A stretch of 63,850 nt of DNA, filler included, from Squatina squatina (taxonomy: Eukaryota), in assembly GCA_031763465.1 (NCBI GenBank). It is 4 parts of 4 records of this genome, joined end to end, with 100 filler letters (N's around TTAATTAATTAA, not from the genome) between each part and the next. Parts side by side here need not be neighbours in the genome. Positions count along the whole stretch, not along the records: positions 1 to 13,511 come from JARFOE010000115.1; 3 more parts are not named here. One strand, written 5' to 3'. The notes beneath the pieces were generated by a model. It ran no database searches, was not told where the DNA came from, and worked only from the letters and a program-made list of their open reading frames with translations. The translations under genes and the position numbers were made by a program. Position 1 is the stretch's first letter, and each line of letters opens with the position of its first letter. Positions 1 to 13,611 of this stretch are shown piece after piece.

Positions 1-690
1 CATGTCAAGATCCTTCACGGCTGGAGCAGTCAACATCTCCCAGTTCACCGTCCACTGCTGCCGAAGAGACATGACAGACGCTCTTTATACCAGGAGGGGG
101 ATTACATTGTCTTCTCTCTGACCAGAGAGAAGCAGGTGGACCATGTACATGGCTTTGCAAGGATAGCAGGCTTCCTCATGGTGCAGGGAGCCATTGACTG
201 CACGCATGTGGCTTTGCAGGCGCCACATCTAAATGCTGAGATATACCACAACCGCGAAGGTTACCACTCACTGAATGTGCAGTTGGTGTGCGACCATGTT
301 CAGCATGATGGTGAATGCCCGGTATCCTGGCAGTAGTCATGATGCATTTATTCTGTGCCAGTCCACTGTACCCTTAATCTTTGAATCAGAGGGTGGCTAC
401 TGGTTGACAAGGGCTATCCGCTGGCCAACTGGCTCATGACATCGCTGCGCAACCCAAGCACACGTGGGCAGCATGCACACAATGAGAGCCATGCTGCCAC
501 ACGGATTCTGATAGAGCACACCATTGAGGCTCTTATGCTTCCACTGCCTGGACTACTCTGGAGGAGCCCTGCAGCACTTAGCAGAGTGAGTGCCAAGATT
601 CGTGGCTGCACGCTGCACAACCTCTTTACCATGAGGGCACGGGCCTTGCCACCAGCTATATGGCGACCAGCTAGTTTTACATGATCTGTA
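1..690 (+). mobile_element. Decayed PIF/Harbinger (HARBI1-like, DDE_Tnp_4) transposase, frameshifted
   Basis: Motifs across frames: GF..IAGF..VQGAIDCTHVAL, YHNREGYHSLNVQLVCDH, ARYPGSSHDAFIL, GWLLVDKGYPL..WLMT, HNESHAATRILIEHTI. All three D/D/E motifs are recognisable. Confidence 0.9.
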
Positions 691-1848
691 CTTTTAAAAT
701 ATACTACTAATAGAGCTCTCACCTCGCTATTCATGCTGAGTTAGGGGACGTTTAATGTATTATATATTATGAGGGCCACTGACCTACATTATGTTTTTAT
801 TACACAGTATTGTGACAGCTTTCGTGGTATTTTGAGTCGAATTCCATGGGCCTGAAATTTGGTACTTTTTAGCACCTCTTTCTTGCCTTATGAAGGCGAT
901 GTAAACATTTGGTTTCTCTGGTAGTTCAGTGGTGTGTCTGACTGTGTGCTACTGAGAGATCCATACAGTTCCTGACAATCTAGTGGGAGGAAAGAAGAAG
1001 TTGTTAACATGCACCAAATTTCAAAATCAAAACTAAAGCAGGTCAAAACAATGGCCTTAATACCTTTTTATTTCACTCACCCATGACACAAATCACAACT
1101 GATTTCTGTAGTTGTCAGATTCTGTTACATTTGAAATGTCTTTACCTTAATGGCAAAAATCCAATGAGCAAAAAGAAAAGGGCCTGTACAAGTTTCACTT
1201 TGACAGTTTAAAGAATTTACTGTAAATATATCCACAGCAGGAAATGGTGGGCCCAATTTTCATAATTTTTTTCCACTCATTTTTCATCCCTGTGGGAAAA
1301 ATTATAATTTCTAAATGCTTTTAGCAGCCCAAAAGACATACGCATATGCTATAGAGGGCCTGTAATGAGGAGATTTGGGAGAGGATTCATACAAATTTAG
1401 CCAAAAAAGCATCACAATTTTCTAAATTCCTACAGCAAGGAATAAGAATTCCTCTGTAATAACACTGTGAGTCCATTCATAAAGATTTCATCTGTTCATT
1501 ATTTCTGGTGCAACTGTAAATGCATTCTTAAGGGTTTACAAAGTAGCAAACAGAGGAAATCATCATGAATAGATTTGTGATGTTGCTAGACATAAAAGAC
1601 GATTCCATGGTGGTGCTCTGAGNNNNNNNNNNNNNNNNNNNNNNNNNNNNNNNNNNNNNNNNNNNNNNNNNNNNNNNNNNNNNNNNNNNNNNNNNNNNNN
1701 NNNNNNNNNNNNNNNNNNNNNNTACATGATGGCGGGGTGGGGTGGGGGGGGGAAATGGAAATTCCCATTGTTCTACAAAGTGGCATTTATTTTCTTAATG
1801 GAATTGGGCGCTATAAATATAATCCAGCAAGGGCTCTTTTATTGAACA

Positions 1849-2230
1849 GTTCAGTTGGTAGCATGCCTCTTTAATTCTGAGTCAGGAGTTCAAGTCCCAC
1901 TCCCGAGACTTGAGCACCTAATCTTGGTTGACGTTCCGGTGCAGTACTGAGGGAGTGCTGCACTGACAGAGGTGCCGTCTTTCAGATGAAATGATACACC
2001 AATTCCAGTCAAAGATCACATGGCAGTAATCAAAAAAGAGCAGAGGAGTTTCCTGGTATCCTGGCCAACATGCTTCCCTCAATCAATGCTACTTAAAACA
2101 AATTCATTTCACTTGCAACTCGTGAGATTTGATTGAAAAATTGACTTGCTGTGTTTACTCATAGAAGAGGGTTACTTCCAGGCTGTCTTGAGAGAGAATA
2201 GATAAGGAACTGTCTAAATATGAGTCTTTC
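1849..2230 (+). mobile_element. tRNA-derived Deu-domain SINE (SacSINE1-like)
   Basis: B-box GTTCAAGTCCC followed by the core GCAGTACTGAGGGAGTGCTGCACTGACAGAGGTGCCGTCTTTCAGATGA; a second copy lies at 16489. Confidence 0.75.
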
Positions 2231-4494
2231 CTTTCCAAAGGATTGTGCTGCAGCAGACGCTGAGAACTGGTGTGGCAGCAGAGAACTGAATATGCCAGTT
2301 CCAGGAACTCAGCCTGCCCAAGAATTCCCCAGTGTGATGGTAACAGCCCTTTAAGTTGCTGCTAGTGCCAGCGAGCCAGAGTAACGCTGTACTTTCACAG
2401 GGCAGCCTGCAACAGGGTAACTACCAGTAGAAACTCCAGCAGTAATAAGTGGGCGCACGAGTTTACATGAAAGGATGGTGTGAATTGCAACTCCTGTACC
2501 AGTGCTGATCCTGTTGTTAATTTACACTGAGAAAAGTGGCCTCAAGAGATGAATATTGTGCTGGGTTTGCAACAACATGGGATAATCCTGGAGGTTGACA
2601 TCGGAGAGTTGGTTAAAAAAAGCATGTTACAGTACAGACTGGGCTATTGAAATGGACAGGAAGCAGAGACTGTTCAAATGTGCACTCACATCTGGGCCTG
2701 TGGCCACTTCTTATGGCCTGTATGAGCAAAGTCTGCATTACTATAAACAAGTGTGATCAGTCACATTTGAAATATGTGACCTTTGCTTCTTACTGATCTG
2801 AATAGGAAGCAGAATTTTATAATGATGTTAATTCATATTACAAATATGTTTTTACTGGGAAGTTCCTGCTTTTGTCTTACTGAAACTGCCTTAGTGAGTG
2901 CAGTTTTATTATAAATCAGCATTTATTTTAATTACTGCAAGATCACAATTTATTAGACCACTAAAAGATGCATAAGCACTTTTCTGAAGGTCCCATCATG
3001 TCAGGGAAAGAAATATAAGCCTCATAAACATTAAAACATAAGTCTGTATTCCTTTCCCAGTGATTGGCTGGGATCAATCCGATCAATCTCAACTGTGGAA
3101 AATCTTGACATTAAGTTGGAACTTAAATAATATGCATTATTAGGCCAGACTGATTAGACGAAAGTTAAATCTTGCCAGTACTGAACAACTCTTTGTCAAA
3201 GTTTTGCAATGGGCTTTTACAGTGTTGCCCATCATCAAAGCTGTTTCTATGATTTGTGTGTTTTAACCTAAAATACCACACACCACTTTATCTTTAGCAC
3301 ATGTGATGACAGGCTGGCTTGATCTGTAGTGAGATAATGACTACTTCCCCAATTTTTATTGGCTTTGAGTGCCAAGATCTTTGGCCGTTCACACAGTCAC
3401 CAAAGGATCTGATAGCGAAGACTTCCTTTCCAAGTGAAACACTATCGATAGCATTCAACCCCTTACAAAACCCACTACTTTCTTAAGCAAAAATGACAGT
3501 GAACCCAATCTTTTATTTTTAACTGGGAAATAAGTGCACATTCCTGTGAAACTTTGCATTTCCAAAGCAGTCTAAGCTCAGCAGGGTTTCTCAGAATGAC
3601 TAGGGATCTGGGCACAAATGCAAAAAACCACAGTGATATTTGTAACTTAAATGTGTTTCAAGTAACTGCATTAATACCACAACACATTCTTGCCTTCCTT
3701 TTTTGCTGATTGCACATTGTCATCACTTCCTAAATATCCACTGTTATTGAAACACTATAAACTTCACATTTTTGCATAGCACTCTGCTGATATCATATTA
3801 AAAAAAACTGTTTCCATCCTGGCCCAAAAAGTAAAGCAAGCTAACTATGTTNNNNNNNNNNNNNNNNNNNNNNNNNNNNNNNNNNNNNNNNNNNNNNNNN
3901 NNNNNNNNNNNNNNNNNNNNNNNNNNNNNNNNNNNNNNNNNNNNNNNNNNNATCCTGGCCCAAAAAGTAAAGCAAGCTAACTCTGTTAACTCCATTATAC
4001 TCCTGCTGAAGTTCCTACTCATTCTTCTCGAAGCAGCTGCAGCAACAATCTCCCTTTAGACGCATAAATATGATTTGTAGATTTTGTGAGATTTTTGAGT
4101 GAAAGAAACAGTTCCAGGAGGTGGAAAACCAGAGGCTGTATATTATGCTACAGGAAAACTAAGCACTTAAAAAATTAGCTACTCATTTCAATAGCCATAA
4201 ATGTGTTCATTTGTGGAATGATTGAGAAATGGACTGCCATTTTAAAATTAAGATCCGCAAACAGGAAAACACCCATTATTTTGGATTTTGGCACAGATTG
4301 CAATAACATTAGCAAGTACTAAAATGAATTTGAAGGTGTCAAAGTGAATAGTAATATATCATAATATGTTACCCACAGCCACTAGACTGCACTTAAAGAC
4401 TGGCTCATTTGTAAAATGTAATAAAGTGGGCTGTTAAAGTCAGGTCGAAAGAAAGCTGACTGCACAGTACAAGAATTCAGACAAGCAGAGAATT

Positions 4495-5375
4495 GGATGG
4501 AAATTTGTCAGCACCAGTTTTTTGCCTGAAGGCAGCGATGCGCCGCAAGGCGAGCCTGAACTGGGAGGCCCAAGACCAATCCAAATTGGGCCTTGGGCCT
4601 CATCTAAATACTCTGCGTGAGCTGTCGGCGCCTGTCACACCTCCACAGGTAGCTCGCCCTTTTGCAGCAACAAATTTCACGCCGCCTGCCTCTTTGGCAA
4701 TGGCCTCAGGTAAGTGCTAGGAAGTAGTGGGAGGACAGCCTTACTTAAATTTAAAAACTTAGTTTGTGATTCTTACTTCTCCCTCTCAAACGTAATATCA
4801 TATTCAATCAGATTATGATCAATATTCGCAAGATGCTANNNNNNNNNNNNNNNNNNNNNNNNNNNNNNNNNNNNNNNNNNNNNNNNNNNNNNNNNNNNNN
4901 NNNNNNNNNNNNNNNNNNNNNNNNNNNNNNNNNNNNNNACGTTTAGTGAGGGAAATGTAGCTGGTGACTCGCAAACACTCCCTCCAACGCGATTCAAGTG
5001 GCAACAATGCGATTTAGGCAAGCAAGATGTGGAACACCTGGCTGTTTAAATAGTGCCAAAAAACAATGGAGGGAGTGTGTCACTGCCTGAAAAAATGGCA
5101 GTGTCACCACTACTTTTAAAGATTTTAAACGGAAGCGAATTCATTGTCGGGTGGCCATTTTGGGCATTGCACCTGATGATGACGTAATGGAGGCCATCCA
5201 ACGCCCGATGACAAGTTTCTAGCGCTGCAGGAGCAGAACCCAATTAACATCAGCGCTGCTGCAATGCCAATTCAGCATCGGAGCACCTTAGCGCCAAACA
5301 TGGGCGTTGGACCCCTAGCGCCTGTTTAGCACTCATTTAGCGTTTGCGCCGGCAGACCAATTGGGCGCCCTTTTC
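4495..5375. mobile_element. GGCGC-rich non-autonomous DNA-transposon-like sequence, split by a gap
   Basis: GC-rich GGCGC/GCGCC tracts with GGATGGAAATTTG and CAATTGGGCGCCC type ends; a similar tract lies at 7370-7690. Confidence 0.45.
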
Positions 5376-5777
5376 TTTGTTATTCTGAGAAACCCCTTGA
5401 GTACTGCAAATGAGTAACTTAACCCAGAGAGGGGGGGTGGGGAAAAAAAAAGATATTATGAGAAATGAAACAGCAATAAATGTCATGTGATCCAATGTCA
5501 CATGATCAAACCTCCAGGAATACATCCAACAAGAGTTAGCAACTCTAGCTGTATATGAGACTTGCCTGATCTTTCGAAACAACCAGCACCGTCCAGTGCT
5601 ATCTAAATAAAATGATGGTCTGATATTGGGGAATCCTTGGAGTAGGCCATCATCAACTGCATCAGTCTGGATGGTAAAACTAAAAATTGCATTTTAGCAT
5701 CATCATACATTTTTTGTTGCAAAGATTGTTTTTTCTCAGATTTATTAGTTATCTGTTGTCGCTACAAATTGTTGCTT

Positions 5778-6020
5778 GTATATTTCTTCACTCAGAGGGT
5801 TGTGAACCTTTGCAATTCCCTACCCCAGGTGGCTGTGGATGCTCAATCATTGAATATATTCAAGGATCAGATCGATAGATTTTTGGGCTCTAAGGGAATC
5901 AAAGGATATGGGGATTGGGCAAGAAAGTAGAGTTGAAGATCAGCCTTGATCTTATTGAATGGCAGAAAAGGCTCAAGGAGCCGTATGGCCTACTCCTGCT
6001 CCTATTTCTTATGTTTCTTG
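5778..6020 (+). mobile_element. CR1 LINE 3' end
   Basis: FFTQRVVNL-type ORF2 C-terminus and 3' UTR ending TGGCCTACTCCTGCTCCTATTTCTTATGTT. Confidence 0.85.
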
Positions 6021-8191
6021 AACCGGTATCCCTGTTTGTACTGGGACGCCACCATTTCCGAGCGTTTCCCCTTTGCCTCTGTCAATCGCTTACATGGTAA
6101 ATGACAGTACATCCACTGAGTTACCTTTATCTATTCAATCAGCCAGTTCTTCAAAATATGCTATCACATTTGTCAAATATGACTTGCCTTAAACAAGTCC
6201 ATGCCATTTATCCTTGTCTATTCCATAAACCCTAGTACTAGACAGCTAAACAGCATATTACACAATATCAACCCTCCTCTAAATGCATAATTGTTAGACC
6301 TGGGCCCACATCCAAACCTCAAGTGCTTGATTTGCACATCCTTAGATATTCCAAACAGATTTGGGTACCTTCAAGCCTTTAATAGAATTTCTAACTTTCC
6401 ATTTAATTGCACATTTTATTTACACAGCCTCAAGCATTAGGCGGCATGATGAATTGTTCCCAGAAGTGTATTTACATTACTGGACTGAACATTGCATTGC
6501 ATTTAAGAAACTCTTCATGCATACTGCTGTGACAATGTTTTACTGTAGAGCACTCTCGAACTTTTCATTATTCTACTAACTATTTTACAATATTGCATAG
6601 TTCCTAACTGCTATTCCTATTAAAAACAACTTGAACATATTCCAGAAATTTTGAAGAATGGTCCTTTGAATGCCTATATTACAACAGTATTTAACAAGCC
6701 ACGCATTATGTAGCTAAATGGAAACTATTATCGAGAAAAGAGAGTTGTTTGCTGCAAGTTGTATGAGTTATGGTCATGTGAGATGATCCGGATAGCAAAA
6801 CTAATTGAGCAATAATAAATGAAATGAGTAACATTTCCTTTACAAAAAGCTAGAATCAGTAACGAGACTGGACAGTTACTTTCACAAAGCCAACAAGAGC
6901 AGGAACAAAAGGAAATCATAACGATTATCAGTTTACAACAGTGACTCAACAGCAAGACCTTCAACCTCACCCATTTGTGAAATCTTTTCCAGCGACACAT
7001 TCCAGCTGAAACTATTGTTTCTCTAATTCTTGATTACTACTTATTTCTCCCTGCACCTCTTCTCCACCAGAAGCCAATTTTTCAACCTATATGCCCATAT
7101 ACTATGAAATTTGTTTTTTCTCTTGATCCTTGCATTTGAACAAAATCAAAATTCTGTTCATTAGCCCTTCCCCCAAAGTCTCTGCTCAGCATCCACCTCC
7201 CCCTCATAAAAGGGAACAAACATACTGGGATCAATTTCAACCCAGAGCAAGTTTCAGGCAGGTGGGGGCNNNNNNNNNNNNNNNNNNNNNNNNNNNNNNN
7301 NNNNNNNNNNNNNNNNNNNNNNNNNNNNNNNNNNNNNNNNNNNNNNNNNNNNNNNNNNNNNNNNNNNNNCAACGCCAAAAAAACAGGTGATTGACAATGC
7401 TAAAGTTAAGACCTTGTAGCCTTGTCCAATTCTAGGGCGTTAGTCTTATTTGAGCATTGCGTCCACTGATGATGTCATCAGGACTCTCTAACACCAAAAC
7501 TCGCGATTGTGACCTAAACCCGTTAACACCCGTTTAGCACCGGCGTTAACAGGTAGACGAATTTCGTGACAAAATGCTTAACGCTATAATTTGGCGTTAA
7601 GTATTTTGCGCCCATTTAACGTCTTTTTAACACCTAAATAAAACTATGAATTGGGTGCCCTATAGATTCCAGTACGCAAATTTCCACAAAATAGGATAAT
7701 TGGATATGTAATCTAAGTCTTGCATTCCCATTTCCCAGGAGATGAGGCTCAATTGAGGGGAATCTACTGCAACTATTGAAAGAGAATATAGTGCTTAAAA
7801 AGCCCAAACTGAAACAACATACCGTATTCATCAAAGGAAACTAATGATGTCTTGTAAACTGCTGTGACTATGAATTCCACATCACAAGCAAAGAATTACA
7901 ACTTGACAGCATGTTCTGAGACTCATTGTTACTGAATGCAGCAGGAATGACCTCATAGGGCACTGGCTCAAAAACCTAAAATTATAAACAACGGATTCAT
8001 CACAGAAACACAAATAAAGATAATTTATCCAACATGTTATTTATTGTTATATGTGAAGTAAATTCAGCTCGTACATGTCAAATACATTAACTTCATTTAC
8101 TGCAATTAATATTGTAGCAAACTTTTAAAATATACTCTGTATGTATCCTGTGACCATCTTTAGAATTGGATCCATTTATTTTGCATGCAGT

Positions 8192-8374
8192 GGGGATAAG
8201 TTTACTTTGGGTGATGGTGTAAAATGGGCGATATCGGACCGGGCGCCTGTTATACACCCCGCTGGATTGTCCCTTCCAGTGACTTCAATGCAAATGAAAA
8301 TCGGACATTGTGTATAATGGGCAGCCAGTCCGACCTTGCCCATTTTACACCATGCCCCAAAGTAAAATTACTCC
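8192..8374. mobile_element. Hairpin MITE (183 bp) with 3-bp target-site duplication AGT, Harbinger type
   Basis: Left arm GGGGATAAGTTTACTTTGGGTGATGGTGTAAAATGGGC is the imperfect inverted complement of the right arm GCCCATTTTACACCATGCCCCAAAGTAAAATTACTCC. AGT occurs at 8189-8191 and 8375-8377. Confidence 0.8.
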
Positions 8375-10129
8375 AGTATTACCAATTACAATGCAACACG
8401 CACTTTTAACATTAAGTTACATTTTTTCATGCCGCTATTTAATTATACTCAAATGAGTTTTNNNNNNNNNNNNNNNNNNNNNNNNNNNNNNNNNNNNNNN
8501 NNNNNNNNNNNNNNNNNNNNNNNNNNNNNNNNNNNNNNNNNNNNNNNNNNNNNNNNNNNNNTTTTGCTTGACAGGACTCCATTTTAAAACCCAGGTTATT
8601 GTCCATCCAGTCTCAATTTGGGCACAATTATACAATCCCTCAGCCAACAACATGAAAAAAATGATTAACTGGTTATTAATCTGATTTGCTGTTTGTGGGA
8701 TCTTGCTGTGAGGACGTTGGCTGTTGCATTTGCCTACATAACAACAGTGACGGCAGTTTAAAAATGATTCATTCGCAGTAATGTCCTGTACACAATAAAT
8801 TGAAGATTTTTTTACTTTTATATCTGAGTAATGTCCAACTACAACTATAATTAAAACAATTTCCTTGTTCGGAACATAGGAACAAGAGTAGGGCATTCAG
8901 CCCATCACGCCTGTTATGCCATTCAATTAGACTAGGGCTGATTTGTTAATGAGTTTGAGTTAAACAAACTGAGCTAAAACTCTGATACCAGAGGTTCTCA
9001 ATGTTAGAGAGTTTAAATTAACTTTCTTTTCTCCAGATTTTGCATGAAATTGAAAAATTCTTCAATTTATTTCATAAGCTTGTCTTTCCTTAACGAAATC
9101 ATAATTAAAGAATATGTCATCATGAAAACATCATCCACTAACTTAGCACTCTTGTAAAATTACTTTTTAAAATATTAATGCCGACAGCAGCCTACAGCTA
9201 ATGTACCAGTAATTACCTTGGTGAAATATTCTCAAGAATATTTTTGTACCGCAAGTGCTATATGTGAAACATCAGACACAAAAAATTCCATAGTGTCAGC
9301 ACTTCTCTGTAACCAAGTGGTGGCTGTTTTCTTTAAAACAGATGTCTGATAATACNNNNNNNNNNGCTTCCTGTTTTATTTCCCCTTTTTTGTTTTGAAC
9401 TGACAGCAACAAGAAGACAATAATCTGAATATAAAATACACTTTGTACAATGTGTTTCCCTTTTCTAACTTCTGTCAGAAAAGGTCTGAGAATTTCAACG
9501 ATATGAATGTTTAAATAAGGACCACAACAAATACTACAACTTAAAAATCTGGCACTTTTACTGCAGGTTATTCACTATAAAATATCCTGTCTCACTAGTG
9601 GCACTTTGCAGTCANNNNNNNNNNNNNNNNNNNNNNNNNNNNNNNNNNNNNNNNNNNNNNNNNNNNNNNNNNNNNNNNNNNNNNNNNNNNNNNNNNNNNN
9701 NNNNNNNNNNNNNNAGGACTGCCTGGTCTTTATTGTATACAGCAAATTGATGGGAGCATGGGGAAAAAAGTGAATATTATGTGTAAAAGATGAGAGTCAT
9801 CGATTTAAAAAAAAAAATCTCTGACGTCAGAAGAAATCCTTACAGAAAACAAACTTTAATTTCAGGGTTACAGGGCCACAGTGCAGATACTATGTTTATC
9901 ATTGGGAGGAAATAATGGGATTTCTGAGAATTGAGGTAATGCTCACGGTGATTGTAGTTTACAAAGATTTGACAAACATTCTGGCTAGTTTCAGCTGTGA
10001 GGTCTTAATAAAATCTGAACCGAGGAGGAGAGTGTGCTGTTATTTATAAATTCTGATCAAATTATTTTTTAGTCACTTGTTTTGTACATAAAAGCAGCAG
10101 GTCATTTGCACACAGGGTCCAAGAAATAA

Positions 10130-10357
10130 CAATCGAGGCTCCACACTCTTGGAATTCTTTCCATAACCCCATCACCTTCCTCTTCTCCTTTAAGACCCTC
10201 CTTAAAACCTGTCTCTTTGACCAAGTTATTGTTCACCTGTCCTAATGTCTCTATCTTTGGCTCATTGTCAATTTTTGTCTGATTACGCTCCTGTGAAGTG
10301 CCTTGGGACATTTTGCTACGTTAATGGTGCTATCTAAATGCCAGTTGTTGTTGTTGA
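10130..10357 (+). mobile_element. L2-type LINE/SINE 3' tail
   Basis: CCTCCTTAAAACC..CTCTTTGACCAAG..GTGAAGTGCCTTGGGAC..TACGTTAATGGTGCTATCTAAATG followed by a (GTT)n tail. Confidence 0.65.
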
Positions 10358-13300
10358 TAACATAAATTAAAATTAATCTGGTTCACCTGCCAGAATTGAA
10401 ATAAAAATTCTCGCACCATCTGTACTGCAAAGTGGCTGCATGTTGAAGTTGTCATAATAAAGCACTGGGCTGATTTTAAAGCAATTTTAAGAAGCTCAAA
10501 TAATTTCTAATGAGATTTTTTTTCCACAGCTGATAATGTCTGGACTGTGAAAGGGACGGAACAGCTGCTGTGTGGAACGTGATAGTGTGAGGAAAGCAAA
10601 GCCACAGTTTATAATACTGAGAGTCTCACCTAATCCCTTGCACTGCAGCACCAAGGGCAAAACATAGTCAGATCTTTTCAGGATCTCCAGAGATTATTTG
10701 CCACAACACAACTCCTCGACCTTTAATCTGCTCAAAGTCTGCAAATGTACTTTCAATCTATTTTATGTTTCTTTTCTTCATTTAATTTCTAAAAGAAAAT
10801 TAAATTACCTCCAGGCCTGAAAAAGTGCCGGGTTTGCTTTGCAACTTTCATCACCAATGTTGCTCAATGATTCAACCAACAGATGTGTGAGTGACAGAAG
10901 CAGAATTTCCACCATGTGTCAAAGGGGGAAAAGAATCGTACTCTTGTTTACAATTTTGTGAATTGAAGACTACAATTTGGACATCTGGAGCTGGAAAAGT
11001 TTCCTTTTCTGTGACTGAACAGTTCCAGTTCAAGCTGATTCTGAGCAGGCAGCTCAGGTAAGACAAAAGGAGTTGGACAAACTATGTAAGTAGTAAGAAG
11101 AATNNNNNNNNNNNNNNNNNNNNNNNNNNNNNNNNNNNNNNNNNNNNNNNNNNNNNNNNNNNNNNNNNNNNNNNNNNNNNNNNNNNNNNNNNNNNNNNNN
11201 NNNNNNNNNNNNNNNNNNNNNNNNNNNNNNNNNNNNNNNNNNNNNNNNNNNNNNNNNNNNNNNNNNNNNNNNNNNNNNNNNNNNNNNNNNNNNNNNNNNN
11301 NNNNNNNNNNNNNNNNNNNNNNNNNNNNNNNNNNNNNNNNNNNNNNNNNNNNNNNNNNNNNNNNNNNNNNNNNNNNNNNNNNNNNNNNNNNNNNNNNNNN
11401 NNNNNNNNNNNNNNNNNNNNNNNNNNNNNNNNNNNNNNNNNNNNNNNNNNNNNNNNNNNNNNNNNNNNNNNNNNNNNNNNNNNNNNNNNNNNNNNNNNNN
11501 NNNNNNNNNNNNNNNNNNNNNNNNNNNNNNNNNNNNNNNNNNNNNNNNNNNNNNNNNNNNNNNNNNNNNNNNNNNNNNNNNNNNNNNNNNNNNNNNNNNN
11601 NNNNNNNNNNNNNNNNNNNNNNNNNNNNNNNNNNNNNNNNNNNNNNNNNNNNNNNNNNNNNNNNNNNNNNNNNNNNNNNNNNNNNNNNNNNNNNNNNNNN
11701 NNNNNNNNNNNNNNNNNNNNNNNNNNNNNNNNNNNNNNNNNNNNNNNNNNNNNNNNNNNNNNNNNNNNNNNNNNNNNNNNNNNNNNNNNNNNNNNNNNNN
11801 NNNNNNNNNNNNNNNNNNNNNNNNNNNNNNNNNNNNNNNNNNNNNNNNNNNNNNNNNNNNNNNNNNNNNNNNNNNNNNNNNNNNNNNNNNNNNNNNNNNN
11901 NNNNNNNNNNNNNNNNNNNNNNNNNNNNNNNNNNNNNNNNNNNNNNNNNNNNNNNNNNNNNNNNNNNNNNNNNNNNNNNNNNNNNNNNNNNNNNNNNNNN
12001 NNNNNNNNNNNNNNNNNNNNNNNNNNNNNNNNNNNNNNNNNNNNNNNNNNNNNNNNNNNNNNNNNNNNNNNNNNNNNNNNNNNNAGAGAATGATTTACTT
12101 GACCTTGCATTTGTAGAACTGACAGCACGAACCTCATTAATTCCCTGGGTCACTCTCAAAGACATAAATTGGTTTAAAATCGAAATAAGTGGAGATTTAC
12201 CAGACCTGTGCAAGGGGTTATGAAATCTCTATAACCCAGGAAAGCATTTCCAAATCATTCTTTTAATAAATCAAACTGACTTTTAGGGGAAGGCTAATAA
12301 GTTTAATCAGGGAGTTTTGGAACTTTTTGTTCATATCAAACAGAAAATATAGATATATTTCATTTGAGTATCAACTAAGAGTGATAATTCACTCCTATTT
12401 CTTCTTGGCCTGCTTATTGCTGTTGTTAAAAGCCACAGGCATTGAAAGAAATGGAAGCATAAATAACATTAGTGCACTCAGCTATTTTAAAAAGTCTCAA
12501 ATATCTCTTGGCTGTTGCTCAAAACTTCTCAACTGAAAATAAGCCTTACCTTTTCCATTTCAATCTTTAACCTCATCTTTGCTGGAAACACAGATGTTTA
12601 TGTACTGATTTTAAGCCAAGCTAATTCCTCTGGTTTTTCAAATTGTCATTTCTACAGTTTTTTTTGTTATTATTCACATAAAAATGGGAGAGTCCTGGGC
12701 CAGACGCCAGGTCGCTGGCAGTAGTTCTGCTAAAAAGAGCATCAAGACCTGGAGACTAGCCAGCTATAAACACTATTCTTTGCTTATTTTTGACTCTTTT
12801 GAAGATTGTTACTTTCAGTTATAATAGAAAAACAAACACCAATTAAACAGGACAATTGGAGAGGTCTGAGAATCAGGAAAATGAAACAGAGGCAATAAAA
12901 AAAAGTGGCAGATGCCTCCTTACCTTAAACAAACAAAATAAAAGCAAGCACAGTGAAAGCTTTGAAATTTTGTAGCCGGAATTTATTGTGGTTAAAGTAG
13001 AGTTATCTCAGTCTGCAAAGACCGCATCATTGTAGATTATCAGCCATTCAACACTGAGCACTCGCCATCAATAATAGTCTACCGTAAGAAGATCTGTTAT
13101 TAAAATAGACAGTGAAAAGGAGTGAGAACATAAAAACGACTTCATTAGCAGGTCATCATGGCCTAACTGACTGTAGCCCTGTTGCACTACACCCTCCTTA
13201 GAAAATGCCCCTGTTCAAAGTGTTAAATGGCTACCTCCCTTTCCTCAACACATAAGCCAACGCTTGAAAATAGAGATAGCTCGGATACTGCACGGATGAG

Positions 13301-13511
13301 CAATCATTTGTAACTTTGTTGACAGGGATGAAGTGCAGGTTGTTGAAATTTGTTTCTGGAATGTTAGCAGCTTTCTCTCCCTTCCATCTGGAGGCCTTGG
13401 CTGTTCTAAAGTTGTTTCTGCTGTCAGGGGGCCTCACACAGAGTGACGATGGGCTGCAAGCCTTCCATCGCACAGACGAAGGATAAAGGATCGTGGGCCT
13501 GCTGCTGTCAT

Positions 13512-13611
13512 NNNNNNNNNNNNNNNNNNNNNNNNNNNNNNNNNNNNNNNNNNNNTTAATTAATTAANNNNNNNNNNNNNNNNNNNNNNNNNNNNNNNNN
13601 NNNNNNNNNNN
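13512..13611. other. Artificial concatenation linker N44-TTAATTAATTAA-N44
   Basis: Exactly 100 bp; the 12-mer at 13556-13567 gives stops in all six frames. Confidence 0.97.

Noticed and set aside
1849-1915. tRNA gene
   Set aside because: The A/B-box-like head continues into a SINE body and there is no complete cloverleaf.
10948-12213. 421-aa and 351-aa ORFs, plus the other X-containing ORFs
   Set aside because: They are open only because they run through N gaps.
9000-13200. Possible conserved non-coding elements in unique AT-rich sequence
   Set aside because: Conservation cannot be judged without alignments, and the exon-like candidate near 9217-9330 has stops in all frames.
13231-13511. 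About 90-codon open minus-strand frame at the end of piece 1
   Set aside because: No recognisable homology, a weak donor, and it is truncated by the linker.
13556-13567. TTAATTAATTAA palindrome as a homeodomain or recombination site
   Set aside because: It recurs three times, centred in identical N padding, so it is an artificial linker.
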